Assembly: GCF_006345805.1 (NCBI RefSeq)
Contig: NC_043001.1
Coordinates: forward strand, 57,536,001 to 57,600,000
Direction of reading: 5' to 3'
Length of the DNA: 64,000 nt
DNA from: Octopus sinensis
Taxonomy: Eukaryota
Shown: piece by piece, positions 23,223 through 37,674 of the stretch
How the letters are laid out: every line of letters starts with the position of its first letter
Numbering within the stretch: position 1 is the stretch's first letter
The notes under the pieces: generated by a model
The model's input: only the letters and a program-made list of their open reading frames with translations
Databases searched by the model: none
What the model was told of the DNA's origin: nothing
Translations under genes and position numbers: made by a program

Positions 23223-23620
23223 CAGGAGTGGCTGTGTGGTAAGTAGCTTGTTTACCAACCGCATGGTTCCGGATTCAGTCCCACTGCGTGGCACCTTGGG
23301 CAAGTGTCTTCTACTATAGCCTCGGGCCAACCAAAGCCTTGTGAGTGGATTTGGTAGACGGAAACTGAAAGAAGCCCGTCGTATATATGTATATATATGT
23401 GTGTGTGTGTTTGTGTGAGTGTGTTTGTCCCCCTAGCATTGCTTGACAACCGATGCCGGTGTGTTTATGTCCCCGTTACTTAGCGGTTCGGCAAAAGAGA
23501 CCGATAGAATAAGTACTGGGCTTACAAAAGAATAAGTCCCGGGGTCGAGTTGCTCGATTAAATGAGGTATTCCAGCATGGCCGCAGTCAAATGACTGAAA
23601 CAAGTAAAAGAGTAAAAGAG
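23223..23620 (+). mobile_element. SINE, same family as 22061
   Basis: Collinear with 22061-22477 along its whole length. Confidence 0.85.
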
Positions 23621-24599
23621 TTCAAATACTAAGAAATAAGCATACTCAATTTGATTTATACAACACGATTTAGGAAATGAATGGGTGATTTCTCTTCGCT
23701 GTTATAATCTGGGCGCATTGACTGTTAAAATGAAATATATTAGATATATAAAGATCCCTTCCAGGGGCTCTATTATCGATTTTTTTTCAACAATTTGAGT
23801 ATGCCATGAGATTTCCCGTCATGAGTTCTACTCAAGTCTCAAGGTTCATCAAAATCGATAAAGCGATGCAGGAGGAGTTAAACACACCCATAGACATAAT
23901 TTGCCACATATGTAGTAGTAGATGTATGTATGTATGTATGTATGCTTATGTTTGTGTGTTTTTGTCATCAGCATGAACACAAGCACCAACAGCAACAGTA
24001 ATATGTAGTATGAAGTAGATAAACAAACCCATCTGAAAATAAATGAAAACAACCTTGTGTGGTATCCTAGTGTCTTTTAAAAGTAGAAAATATCTTTGAT
24101 CTAAGGTTTATAAGGATTGACTTCAGACTAAGCAGCCACCACAATGTAATTAGCGAGAGCAATAATACCACTATTCTCACCCGCCGTCACTAACATGTCA
24201 ACCAATGCAACCTACACGATATTCGGTATGAAGCCTCTGATTTTAGCATTTACGCCAACAAATGTGTGATGATTACGTGCATGAGTGTGTATGAATCTTT
24301 TAGTGACTGTAAGTGTGTGAGTGTTTGTGTATATGTGTATGCACGCGGGCATTTGTGTACATTTAAAGTCAGAAGTGAAAGGAACGAATTGTCTGTTAAG
24401 TCTATCGAATTTTCATCTAACTCTAATGGTGTAGTACTTTCTCACCAGTCATTCACCTTCTTATCTCATTTTCATTATAGGATCAAAATAAGTAAGCCAA
24501 CTTATCAATCTCATAACTGTGACAGATTTCCTGGACCATTTTTCTTACAATAGATATGTTGTGGATAATTAATCGCCTCTACTTTTTTCTTCTTTAGCT

Positions 24600-26539
24600 T
24601 TGAGTTTAAGATTTATGCAAAGGCGCTCTCAAGTATTGCGGAAGTAAAACAAAGTTATATTGTCAAACATTAAATCTTGCTACGTCTACAGTAAGATGAA
24701 TACTAACAACAGAGAAAAAGTTACGCCAAACTCTCAAGAACATAATCCGTTACCTCTGTCTGGACCTTATTTATCCATAGATCTGTAAGAAAGAATTTTG
24801 AGCGTACAGATCAAGGATAATAATCGGCGTAATATGCCGATAAACACGATAGCAATTACAAAATGCCAAAATTTATATGACGACTTGCAGAAAGAGGAAA
24901 GTGAAACTTCTAATGAAAAACCATTTTGGGGTAGCAAAGCACGGTTTGAATGATTTAGAAACGCCTGAATTCGCACAACATTAAAATGACTGAAGCTGCG
25001 AGTACTGATACAACGGTTGTTACTAATTATCCTGAGCAGTTGAACAAAAGTATCTAATGTTGATGAGTTTGCACTCTTCTGGAAGTGCATGTCTGATAGA
25101 ACTTTTATTTATCGAGAAGATTTTCAACACCACGATTTAAAGCTTCCAGAAATCGTTTAGCACTACTTTTGGAAGAAAATGCCGCTGAAGCTATGAAATT
25201 AAAGTCCTTACACGTGTATCACTCCGAAAATGCAAAGGCTGTCAATGGTTACATAAAATTTTATTTTCCTTTGATTTGGCGTTCAAATAAGAAGACATGG
25301 ATGGCTAAGATCCTTTTCACAATCAGCGGTTTGTAAACGTTTTCCGACCTGCCGTAGAATGATACAGTGCTAGAAACAATATTCCAACAAAACATAGTTT
25401 CTCTTAGACAATGCACTGAGCCACCGAGCAAACTTGAATGACCTTTCTAATAATAGAATATAACACAATTTCGTTGTTGCAGCCAATGGATCAAATTATA
25501 ACACCTAACTTATATGAGAACTACCAAGCAACTTATGAAAGCAAGTGCCTAGGTGGCTAAACCTACAGTTGTAGATTTCTATACGTAATTTAACATAATG
25601 TGTGCTGTAGATAGTATATCTGAATCATGACATGAAGGGAAACATTTAACCTGGAATAGCGCTTGGAAATGTACATGGCAAGACTTCCTGCGACATTACA
25701 AATTTTCCTCAAGCAGAAGATCGAAATCAAATGCAGAAAGATAATGTGACACTTGCTAAGGATGTAGGATTTGAAGAAGTCGTAAAGGAGGATGTGATTG
25801 AGTTGCCAGTGTCTTAGCGAGCAAGTTTATCTAACAATGAGCTGATGCTGTTAGAAAAAGAACAAGCAAAGAATGCAGATAAGACAATTGAAGTCCACCT
25901 ACACCACTTAAATTGGCTTCAAAATTTCATTATTTTTTTTTGCATTTTTGAGGGAGGTCAGCAGGTTTTGGTGATAATGGTCCTAAGCAGGAATGTAGTA
26001 TAAAAGTAGAAGAAAAGTTTACAATTATCTCAGTTTCTATACTGAGCTGTACAAAGAGATGTGTCATAAACATCAACTTGATTTTGGATAAGTTCTTCCC
26101 GCCTGAAGCTGATGTACTTGATTATGAGAAGTAAATGGGAAATAGTGTCTCTCATCCTCTCTGTGACGTTCATTTCCTCACCACCCATACACAGTTGTCA
26201 ACATCTTTTATGGTAGGAGCATACACTTAACATATTTCAATTCTTATTAATTCCCCAAGTTATAACTATTGAACATTTTTTTCGTGCTTTTATGTATCAT
26301 TATTGCAATGTGTATGTTTAGAAATTGAAATATTCCTGTACTAAGGCGATCGCGTTGCTTGTTCTTTGATATTTCCTTGTGTGTTATTTTTTTCGAAAAT
26401 CTCCGAAGGAACGCAATTTGACCTAGTATTATTAAAATTAATACGAAAATTAATTTTACATTTCGCGTTATGGCTAGATTTCGCGTTGCTGTCAGATTTT
26501 CAAGAACGCATTACTTCTGTAAAGTGAATGATTCATGTA
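24600..26539 (+). mobile_element. Decayed Tigger/pogo-family DNA transposon
   Basis: Frameshifted transposase: ERILSVQIKD..MPIN..LYDDL...FWGSKARF (CENP-B HTH), NVDEFALFWKCMSDRTF (25055-25102), KLKSLHVYHSEN, LIWRSNKKTWM, LAKDVGFEEV..EDVIEL. Tigger-like 3' end gaacgcattac...catgta. Confidence 0.85.
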
Positions 26540-26691
26540 GATTACAACGAGACTAAATATATATAATTTTTATACAACGCAAACTTATTCTTAGGTGAAT
26601 TTTCAAAACCAATAATACAAATGTGAGAATGTACGCTTAGCGGTATCTCTTCCAACTTTACGTTCTGAGCTCAAATTCCGCCGAGGTCCAC

Positions 26692-26757
<66 letters not shown>

Positions 26758-27724
26758 ATCAGTGTTTCCTTACAACTTTTACACGTTTCGAGGCACATAT
26801 TTCCTAGTCTTTTATTTGTTGTGTAACATTAGGGAAGTCCAGTTCGATATGAGATATGAACAATGGAAACAAAGGAGTGTAATCAATGTTTCTTTTACTT
26901 TTTCTTCAAACATAATATATCTAGTACGACATTGTCTTATATATTGTACAGTTTAACAAAGTAAGATGCTTGAAGATCGCTGTTGGCTAGGATTGTTTCT
27001 TTGGTTTTAGCTGACTAGCTTTCTGGAACGAATATTTATCATGCCCTTAAGTTTGTAGATTTGACCCCTGCAACTTTCTTCTGATTATATGTATCTATAG
27101 ATGAATTATCATGCATATTCAGCCGTTTCTCATGCATTGAAGTGAAAATAAAATGTTTAATTCACTTCTATTTCTATGAGACATAAATTTTCAGTTAAGG
27201 TTTCTTGTTGACTTGACGTATTCTATATCTATAAATGTTGACATTGTCGTTCCCCCGGTCACTAAAAACTGCTAGAGAAAGGAATAATTCAGTATCTCAG
27301 AGCCTGGACAAATTATAAAACAGATAGAGCCAAAAGAAATCTATTGTGAATATAAAATAATTCTGTCAGCATGCTTAGATTCAAATCTGAAAACTAATAA
27401 TTCAATGAAACTAAACGTAAAATAACATTACATGTATGCGTTAGCATCTTTATTCACATTAATACTTTGATTTTTAATATAGCGATCTCATGCGTATCCC
27501 AGTAAATCGCAACAAAAATTTAGAACACTACACCGAAACAGCAGACAGCTCATGAGCAATAAACCGAGGAGGTATCATAGCTTCAACTAAATCACACTTC
27601 AATCAAATCAAAATCACCTATTCAACTAAAATGGTGAAACTGAAAGATCTTAACCTAAGTCAATTTCTGTTCCACATTTAAGTAGTAGTACTTTCTTAAA
27701 AAATATCACTTAATGTTATTGAAT

Positions 27725-27761
27725 GAATGAATGAATAATAATAATGATGATAATAATAATG

Positions 27762-27816
<55 letters not shown>

Positions 27817-27820
27817 TAAC
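27725..27820 (+). repeat. (AAT)n microsatellite
   Basis: Direct reading. Confidence 0.95.
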
Positions 27821-27975
27821 ATCAGCAAAAACATACCTTAGGAATGAAAACACAGCTTTGGGTTCAAAATTCTATCAGGACATCTGATGAAGGCTGGAGA
27901 GTAAATCAGCCGAAACGTTGTAACAACAAACAGGATGAGCACACATATCCGTCCAATATAAATGTAATTAATGTA
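27821..27975 (+). mobile_element. Penelope-type pLTR-like fragment with hammerhead-like core
   Basis: CTGATGA (27884-27890), A, stem II ggctg/cagcc, GAAA (27912-27915), then palindromic AACGTT. Directly follows an (AAT)n tract. Confidence 0.5.
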
Positions 27976-29561
27976 CAAAATTTCTCATCTCTAAAATATA
28001 GAACAAGGCAATTTATAACATGCGACACTTTAATAATTTCGGCAATCCACCGACTTTAACTGTCAATTGGTCAAAGAAGATTGAAAGCAAAGTAGAGATT
28101 GATGGCGTCAGAATTCAGAAATTAGAAAGTCTGAACTGATACCGCGCTGCATTCCACGAAACACAGTAACGAATTAGTAAATTCACCGGCAATGAAAAGA
28201 TGAGGCAATATTTGTTCGTGTAGCCAGATTGGAAACTTACTACCTGCTTAAACTTTGTAACAGTGACACCATAAGAAGACTATCTCATTTTCTCTCTCCA
28301 CAAAAATTTGAACAGGTACATAAAAATTAAATTGCATCAATACCGTTATCAACCACAACCACTGTGATGAAATAGACAGATGCATATCTCCAGCAAAGCA
28401 CTGCAGAAGAGAAATGCCTGTTGCATTTGAATCGATTTCTATCATTCTATCTCCATAATGGCTAACTCCAGAATTTACACATATACTGTAAAACAAATGA
28501 GACAAATGTCAAGAACAGAACATTACCAAACTTCAAACATCGGGATATAAAATTAACCACTGCATATCAGCATGTGTATAATGACTCTGAACATGTCTGC
28601 ATTATAGAAAGCGCGGTACAAGAGATCACCTTTCCAAGCGACTTCTTACGCGACTTCAATGCAACTGTGCGATGTGCACTTGACTGTGGCAACTCAATAT
28701 CAGTAGCGATAAAGTGAAGTATCACCTAATGTAGAGATGCAATAACATACAGTATCCACAAGTCTTTGCTTATTTCTGTATCCCCATTGCTCGATAAGTG
28801 AAACATTAAATTTTCTTAGTTAATTAAGTAATATAGCTCTTCAGTATTATCTGAAGAGCTGTTAATTTACCTCCAATTCATCATCTATGCCTTTAAGCTT
28901 CCTAAATGAATGCGATTTGCAAATCCCATTCATTCAAACACCTGTCTATTATGTATTATGCATCCATTAAATTTCTCATTTACTAACCAGCAATATTTCC
29001 ATGCGGGATATATTCTCCATTTGCCTACAACTCGAATTGTTATCGGTTTACATTTACCAAGGAAATCTTGTAGTTGTTATGGTATCTAAAACTTCTCACC
29101 ACTGATTAATTATGAAAGAAATTAATGTTTTCAATATCATTTACGAATAGATTTGTTTATGAACATCATGGACCATTTCTAAGTCTTTGTGCGACCGGGC
29201 ATTTGTGTGCTTGTGTTAAAGTTAAATCTCAATATATATATTTGCGTAGACTTGGCTTAATATACACTTTTGATTGTTTGAAGTAAAGCAACCAATCAGC
29301 TGAGATAAGTATCAGTATCGCTAGACACGTATACCTAATAACTTAATCTGATTATGTGCTTGACAAATTGATCTAAGACAAATTTAAATCATCGGGTGTG
29401 TGGGTATGGATGTAAACGTAAATTCTATTATCGATCGCAGAAGGATGAAAGGTAAAGTTAAGCTCAACGATAGATGGACTCAGAAACTTCAGAATTCACA
29501 CACACACATTCGTGCGCGCGCATAAAGGAATACAATATATGAAAATGTATCTGTAAATATT

Positions 29562-29956
29562 TTATCATGTACTTGTTTCAGCCATTAGACTGCGGTCATG
29601 CTAGGACACCACCTTGAATTTTTAGTGGAATAAATAGATCCCAGTACTTATATTTTCAGCCAGATACTCAATCTATCGGTCTTCTTAATCGCTACGGAGA
29701 GTCAAACATACCAACACGTGAGTAAATGTACAAATGCAGACAGAAAGACACACGCACACAGATATATATATATATATATATAAATATATATACGGCAGGC
29801 TTCTTTCAGATGCCGTCTATCAAATCAAGTCACAAGGCTTTGGTTGGCCCGAGGTTATAGAAGAGGACACTTGTCCAAGGTGCCACACAGCGGGACTGAA
29901 CCAGGAACAATGTGACTCGGAAGTAAGTGTCTTACCACATAGCCATGCCTGTGCCT
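29562..29956 (-). mobile_element. Diverged SINE of the 22061 family
   Basis: Reverse complement of head (accacatagccatgcctgtgcct) and tail (ttgtttcagccattagactgcggtcatgct). Confidence 0.8.
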
Positions 29957-30738
29957 ATTATATAATGAAAAATTGATAACTAGATATACACATATATACA
30001 TACACATTTAAATATACGCATATACATTGAGTGCGTCTCCGTAATTCGTGTTCCCTCTTGTTCGCGACTATATCACTTAACAGCGACTGATATTTGTTTA
30101 TATTGCTTTTTATGTTCTGTAACATATTGGTTCGGCAACTTTGGTCATGAAATAATAAGAAGACTTGAGCCAGGTAACCTCTGGTATCGATAAAATCGAT
30201 TGAACAGTCCCTGTGCGCTGTACAATTTATTTAAAGTCATAAGAGGGAGACCAGAAAACACACACAGTCACAGATACAGGCACAGACACATACACTCACA
30301 CAAACATACACACAGATACACACACACACGTACACACTCACATCAAGCGCTGCACCGATTAAGCACTCAACTGCAACTCATGCATATGAATTCCGCACAT
30401 ACAACAAAGACTGCAAATCTCTTGCTGATTGCAAAAGCACTAGTAGGTCCCATAGTCAGTGGAATAAAAAAGAAAAACAACGGAAAACAGAAATGAGATG
30501 AATTGCCATCGATGGTCACGCTTCTCTAACGAGTTAACACCCATCACATATATATTTATTTATAGAGGTATATGTATTCGAGTGTATATGCGTGCGCATG
30601 TACATTCGTATGTATTTATGTATGTGTATTTACACAGTAAGGCTCCATCTACACAAATACAGACACGCCCTTATGTTAAGTGTTCGTAACCCTTCGAATA
30701 ACTATGATTTTCCTAATTCTTCTTTCTACAAAGTAACG

Positions 30739-30900
30739 TACCAGGGAGTCATTCAGAAAAATTTTCCAGTTTTTATGAAAATGGCTTGTAATGTACATTC
30801 TATTCTTTTCTTTTTGCCGAGATCACTTGCAGCGACACAATTTTTATGCTGTATTGGTTTTACATGGGAGACCGTTAGCTCATGTCAAAAATCCAAACAC
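30739..30900. mobile_element. Possible mariner terminus fragment
   Basis: ta-ccagggagtc... resembles the TIR start at 16776. No partner TIR found. Confidence 0.3.
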
Positions 30901-31280
30901 GAGCAAGATTGTCCATAAATTCGCCTCCGAATATAACGGAATGCACTGTTATTCTTCTTTATCAGAGTCTTGTATATTTATATAGCTGTTAAGGTATGCC
31001 TGTGTGCACGTAGTTTGGCTATCGGCTGAAGATGGTTAGATGGCAGCTTGAGTTGTCGGGCAGCGCCAATCATTTTGTCCTTGAGTTATGTAAATCATCT
31101 TTCTATGCTTCGCTTGCAAAAAAAGTCCGTTTGATATATCTACAGATTTTACTAATTGTCATTTGCCTAAGGTCAACTCTATACTTGTTTCTGTTGTATA
31201 ATCGTTCACTGTTTGAGCAAACGTCATTTTACTGTATTGTAAGCTGGGGTTAAAAAAAGCACTATTTTAATCAATAAAGT

Positions 31281-31583
31281 TGCGTGATGAGGTTTTTAGG
31301 GAATTCAGCTCACGATCGTAAAGTAGTGAGTTCTATTCAGGGCGGCACCTTTTTTCGCTGAGAAGAACACTTTATTTCAATTTGCTCCAGCCCATTCATT
31401 TGGCAAAATCGAGGTGTAACGGTAGTTCAAGATGTCATCCTTGTCATTCAGTGTGACATGCTGAATATTCATAAGAACTACGTTAAAGGTACTCTGCGTG
31501 TCTGTGGGGTGCTCAGCCGTTTACATATTAATTTCACGAGTAGGCTGTTTTGTCCATTGAATCAACCGGAATAACGGAGAGCC
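31281..31583 (+). mobile_element. Diverged SINE of the 21389 family
   Basis: Shares gaactac.ttaa.g.tac....gtgtctgtgg.gtgctcagcc and gaatcaac.ggaa with 21389-21700. Confidence 0.65.
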
Positions 31584-32871
31584 AGGACAATGACAGGAGA
31601 GGTTTTTGCATTTATGCACACTTACATAGACACACAGACAAACAGACACAAACACCCAGTGAAATTTTTATCTTAGGCTGGTCGAACTCCGTTCAAGTAT
31701 TTGGTTGACGGCAAAGACTCTCATTTGCCAGTGAACTTATTTTCTATGTCTTCTATATATCGAAGGACGAATTTTGTCTAAGCACGGAAATTGACATGCT
31801 CGAAGTAGTGTGAAATATGTCTATCTTTCTCGTGAGTCACTGCAGTGACGATGCTCGCCTTGTCACGATATATGTTGTGTATTTGATACTTATCTATGAA
31901 GGGTTTTTACTCTGACAGAGAAACCATAGCATCCTGCTTTCCAGTGGTATATAGGCATTCAGAATGATACACAGATGGTGATTAGAATTTAAGGGTGATT
32001 CAATTGCGTTCACCAATACATACGTACAATATCGTCATGAAGCGCTGTCTCTATTGAATTTTTGACATCTGCATCATATCACACTTCGAAGGCAACAGGA
32101 AATTTCTACAAAATACCTAATAAAAGAAAGAGGCAACGAAGTCCTTGGAGCTCCAAGATGCAACCAAAAATTAAGTCATATTTCGGTGGAACACATCACA
32201 TGTAAGCAGCTACCCAAAACTGACATCTTCGTACCACATCCCTTTGCGACATGACTTTGACAAAAAAAAAAAAAACAGTATAGGATGCCATTCGGAAAAA
32301 AGTCCTGGAATAAATGTATAGAATTCCCCAGTTACTGAATACATACACAAGCATCTACACAAGAAATACTGGGGGAACATATCTATGAATACATCCGTGA
32401 AGTGTAAACATAACAGTAAAAGGATGTACCGTCATAGAGCTATGCTATCCTGCTGATGTGAATAGCAGTTTGAAAACCAAAGAGGTAAAGAACAATTATA
32501 TGAGCAACTTCTTCGAAAATTCCGGTTTCGATATTCAGATTATAAATTCACAGTTATACCAAAAATAATTGCTGTGATTTTTTTGTGAGTGAATGCTGAA
32601 GTCGCATTGTGAATAAACTAGAGTTTTCAGAAAAAGAAATCAACCAAATAACTCTGACATTACTAATACAACCTGTAAATTGACCAGTAAAATAAAAATA
32701 TGCCAGAATTTTTCTCAAGTCTAAAAGTATTTGTTACCTACATTACAACGATTAAACTTTGTGTCTTAGTTGTAAATCAACTCTTTCCGTAGAGGAAGAA
32801 TTTCAATAATTAAAAACAACAGAGAACATACAAACATACATACATGCAGAAACTATCACACACGCACGCAC

Positions 32872-32921
<50 letters not shown>

Positions 32922-33269
32922 ATATGACTGAAATGGACGATGGGGTTTTTACTTATATTATATGTGATAATGCATGTTTATATCCGCATTTGTACGACTG
33001 TGTATCTATGATATATATATGCACTTCTCATTTATTTACGAACGGTGTACTCTACTAAAGATCATAAAGTGAAGTTAATATCGCAAAACCTGCAATCTTA
33101 AGGTATAGAGTTGTCCAAAATATTTTTATAAGTCCATCTTCCTCGCATACAGCCTAGTGTTCAACGGAACAATAACTTAAGTCGGTTGTTGTCGTTTGAC
33201 GTCTATTTCTAGCGTACAGGCGATGTCTCTTCAGCACCCTTTATTATAATTATATATTCATAATTATAC

Positions 33270-33319
<50 letters not shown>

Positions 33320-33618
33320 GTATGCTAATTCTCGCGCTTGTGTGTACGTGTGTGTGTGTGTGTGCGCGCGCGCACGCACGTGTTAGGTATCATTCATGCT
33401 ATATTTCTTGCCAGAAATTTTAATCCAAATTATTATTCCCGTAGCTATACGAGATGTTCGCTCAATGTAGAGAATAATAGAATTGAACATGGAAACACAT
33501 GATTACGAAGTGGATTTATTGATCACAATGCATATACATACATATTTACATCTAACTACCTGTGTGTGTGTAAAAGTATGTACGTATGAATGTACACATA
33601 TGCAAATGCATTTACATG

Positions 33619-33659
<41 letters not shown>

Positions 33660-33685
33660 TGTGTGTGTGTGTGTGTGTGTGTGTG

Positions 33686-33722
<37 letters not shown>

Positions 33723-34399
33723 CATGTGCGTGTGCATTTATCTAAATCTTTGTATGCATGTACCTACGAATATAAGTGTGTTGGTATGTACGAATGTAGT
33801 TATGTTTTATACATTTAAATGTCTAGATAAATATGGGTGCTTGTGTAGATGTGCTTTTGTTCGTGAGCTGTTACATGTCTTATTAAATGTGCTCCTTGGT
33901 ATAGTTGCAGTAATACTCGGTTCTGTGTCTAAACATTGGCGTTACTTAAGTAAATTATCACTGAAATGCAATGAGAATATTTCAGCCAGTAATGTGCAGT
34001 TTGGTCAGGCACCGTATTTAATTTACTCCTACGTTTAATATTGTGTATCTTTATTCGCAGTTGCTATGTCCATCCTTTTGGGTTGAATATCTTTAATCAC
34101 TGTCCATAGTTCTCGCCGTACATAATTCGGCGTGTAAATCACATCAAATATTTATGCTATGTGATCTTTACAAAAGATGGACAACTTTTAAGTAGGATGT
34201 ATAACATCTTTGATGGTGATGTAAAGCATTGCATGAACATCCGGGTAAAGTTCACTGAATCCGCCATTCTGTCGAATAGAGGGGAAAAACCGAAAGTAAA
34301 TGATAGCAAAGCTCACTTCAATCTAGAGAGGTATATGGCTTGAGAGAGTGATAGAAAGGCAGATGAACAGATCAATTGATACATTGATAGGGATATATG

Positions 34400-34404
<5 letters not shown>

Positions 34405-34448
<44 letters not shown>

Positions 34449-34577
34449 GAATATATATATGTATACGAATATATATGTATATATATATATCTACATATAT
34501 ATATATATATACATATATCTACATACATATGTATATATATATACATATATATATACACATATATCTACATACATATG

Positions 34578-34621
<44 letters not shown>

Positions 34622-34660
34622 CTCACACAAATATATGTATATATATATATATACAAAGAG
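34405..34660. repeat. Long (TA)n-rich compound microsatellite
   Basis: Direct reading. Similar (TA)/(CA)/(GA) tracts occur at about 6650, 7710, 18145, 18560, 26690, 33625, 37590, 59460 and 59890. Confidence 0.95.
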
Positions 34661-34969
34661 AGAAGAGAGACATTTATTACGTATATATAAACATATGTAT
34701 GTATATATGTATGTATACATATGTTGTGTATATGCTCATATATGCACACACCATACACACACACGGACATACACAAATGTTAGACTCATGATTAATGTTT
34801 TATATAAATAGCTAGAAGCGTTAAGTATGTGTTTGTGTGTTTGCATGTGTATATGTATACATACACACATATATATACATACATATATCTATATAAATTA
34901 GTTGACTCTTGAATAATGCTTTATAGAAATAGCTAAAGCGTTATATATATGTATGTGTCTGCGTGTGAG

Positions 34970-35014
<45 letters not shown>

Positions 35015-36879
35015 TGTGTGTTCGCATGTCTGTGTGTGTGTGTATGTGTATATATATATATGTATGTATGTATACACACATACATATTCGTATGTGTGCG
35101 TGAGTATCTGTGTGTTTTGAGTTTGTATGTAATATATATATATATATGCAGTGTGGTGTGTGAGAGCGTAATCTTGATTAGAAAATTACTCTCGTCAGTG
35201 TGTCGAATGAATTAGCCTGGCATTTCTCTTTGCTTTCCCGCAAAGACACAGTCAAGAATTGACGGTGATGGTGAGAGAGAAGAAACCGTATTCCTTTGGT
35301 TTTGTAGTAAAAATATATAATTTCCTGTTGCGAGTGTGTAAACGTTGACGAACTTAGAATTGTGCCAATGCTATTTGATAGAACCTACCTGAATTATTAT
35401 AGCAGAATGGGAATATTCCATACATTAGGGATATTGCAGGCCATGATAAATGTGGTAGTTATTGATAATGGTCGGCTATATTGATGCTTGCATTACTACA
35501 AGTTGTGGACGTTATATTAGTAATGTTGTAGGAGGCGGTGCTGCATTGGTTGATAATCACAGGTGATGATGATAGTGGTTGTACATCTCATTGGCTGTGT
35601 TCTACATAAAGGTATATGTTTGATTGCAGTTAGTGATGTTTATAGATGGTAACATTACGAGTTATTGGCGGACATAGTGGTTGGGGTAGCAGGAGTGCCA
35701 TTATCAATGCTTGCCGATGATACTGTTGGTGCTGATGATAGCAAATCTCATTATTATGATTATAATTGTGACGTCCATCATGACGACGATGCCGATGGTG
35801 ATTATCATAATAGAGTGGATAATGAATAATTGCTGTTCTGTTTCTTTCTATCTTTCTACCTATATTTGTTTACTTTTTCTTATCTGTAGCTTCCTATCAT
35901 TCCTTATCTTAAAGATGGATAAATTCCAGTGTATTATCTGATATACTAAAATGACTGGATGGTCATGACTGGAAGATATTTACGTATCTACTCAAACAGA
36001 TTAAACCTGAGTAAACCACTTTAACTATTTTGCAAATAATCCCTGATATAAAGCTTTGTACGTCATCTACATCCATCCCTGTGATGTTACTTACGAGAAT
36101 TGGATTGCATACATTCCATATATACTTTTAGAGTCAGAACTTACTAAATTCATTTGGTAAGTAACTGTAATAAAATTGCTTGTAACTCACTCATTTACTG
36201 AGACACAGGATCTTTATGTACGAAGGTATTACGCGAATGATATTATTACACTCAAAACAATGCTTTAGTGAGAAAATATCGAGACGGTGTGTTATATTCT
36301 CCGTCTGGATTATAATGGATTGAACTTATAGTGAAAAACTATTTACATGCAGAGAAAACATATTAGCGATCACTCATCACAAATTTGAGCTAGTTGGAAA
36401 AATAAGAATAAAAAGTGGTCTAAGAGAAGAAATTATTACAGGATATATGCATATATACATAAATTCTGTAAATGATAATGATAATATTTCATAAGAAAAT
36501 AGTCTGATATTGGGGCATATAAGTTCCTCGACGGATAAAAGTTGGCCTTAGATGCCCCATTATTGGACTATTTTCTTCAGTCAATACACGGGGATTGCCT
36601 AAAAGGTTTAAGCTTATAAAATATTTTTATCGTTATTTTACAGAATTTCAAAACACGACACCGCTTACCAAATCACCGCTTAAATATATTTACATATGCA
36701 TATATATTTGTATGTATGTAAATATGAATATAGTGAGGCTTTCTCTAAATTTGAACCGAATCATATATAGCTCTAAAATTCTGTCCAAGTCCTTGACCGA
36801 TGAGAGCAGTCACGTAAATGATTCTTGCCCAATCACCCTTGGCTAGTGTCTATCAACCAACGGCAGAGAACATTAAAGA

Positions 36880-37300
36880 AAGATTATGTAAATTTCCAGT
36901 GAATTTGCTGTGTGAAGTTGTGAAAAGTCCTACCCAGATTTATATGAACTGGCAATCTGAGTCACTTGAATTCTCCAGGAAACTTTAGAACATTGCTCCG
37001 CGAGATGTAGTATCACTTTGTTCTTATACAATATACCGCGAATATCAGTTCGACTAATGTAAATTATTCTTGTGTGTTAATCCCGACGTTTATCCAGCTG
37101 TCTATTTATCTACTGTATTTCCTCTTATTAATGTATGATACATGGAGCGTAACAAAATTTACCAGAATATTCTCCAGACCTTCCGTGATGTAACCTCACG
37201 ATACAAATTGGTCTACAACAATGTGTAACTGATCCTTGTACATATAAACAAACTATAGGTATGAAAATAATATATCCATTCCAATAGCTTCAAATGTCAA
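36880..37300 (-). mobile_element. Possible Ty3/gypsy integrase remnant
   Basis: One frame with stops reads IGMDILF..F.YMY..LHIVVDQFVS.GY...ELIFAVYCI...SRSNVLKFPGEFK, loosely fitting the integrase core D..VD.FS...FA.yGiP..SDNG..F.s.eF. Highly decayed. Confidence 0.3.
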
Positions 37301-37436
37301 CCTACAGACGGTCGCATTAAATGCTTAACTTTAATGACATGATGATGACCTACACACACATACACACACACAAACACACACACACATACACACACGCATA
37401 CACACACACGCCCACGCATGCAGATAAATGCACGAC

Positions 37437-37590
37437 GAGCTTTCTTCAGTTTTTGTTTACTAAATCCATTAACAAGGCTTTGGTGGGCTCGAGGCTATAG
37501 TGGAAGACAGCAGACGTATGTGTAGGACTGAACTCGGAACCATTTATAGGAGTTGAGAAGAAAATGTGTCACCGCAAAGCCATACCTGCG
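37437..37590 (-). mobile_element. SINE fragment (22061 family, 5' half)
   Basis: ttcttcagttttt...aaatcc..acaaggctttggt...gaggctatagtggaagaca...ggactgaactcggaacc. Confidence 0.65.
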
Positions 37591-37591
37591 C

Positions 37592-37674
<83 letters not shown>

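Noticed and set aside
28248-28715. Short open frames on both strands with a possible minus-strand acceptor at about 28487
   Set aside because: No recognisable homology and no convincing donor.
28835-28860. 10-bp perfect hairpin agctcttcag/ctgaagagct
   Set aside because: A stem of this length is expected by chance in 64 kb of AT-rich DNA.
33850-34330. Minus-strand acceptor followed by ATGGCGGAT (MADSVNFTRM...)
   Set aside because: The frame closes after 36 codons and the other frames contain stops; no family recognised.
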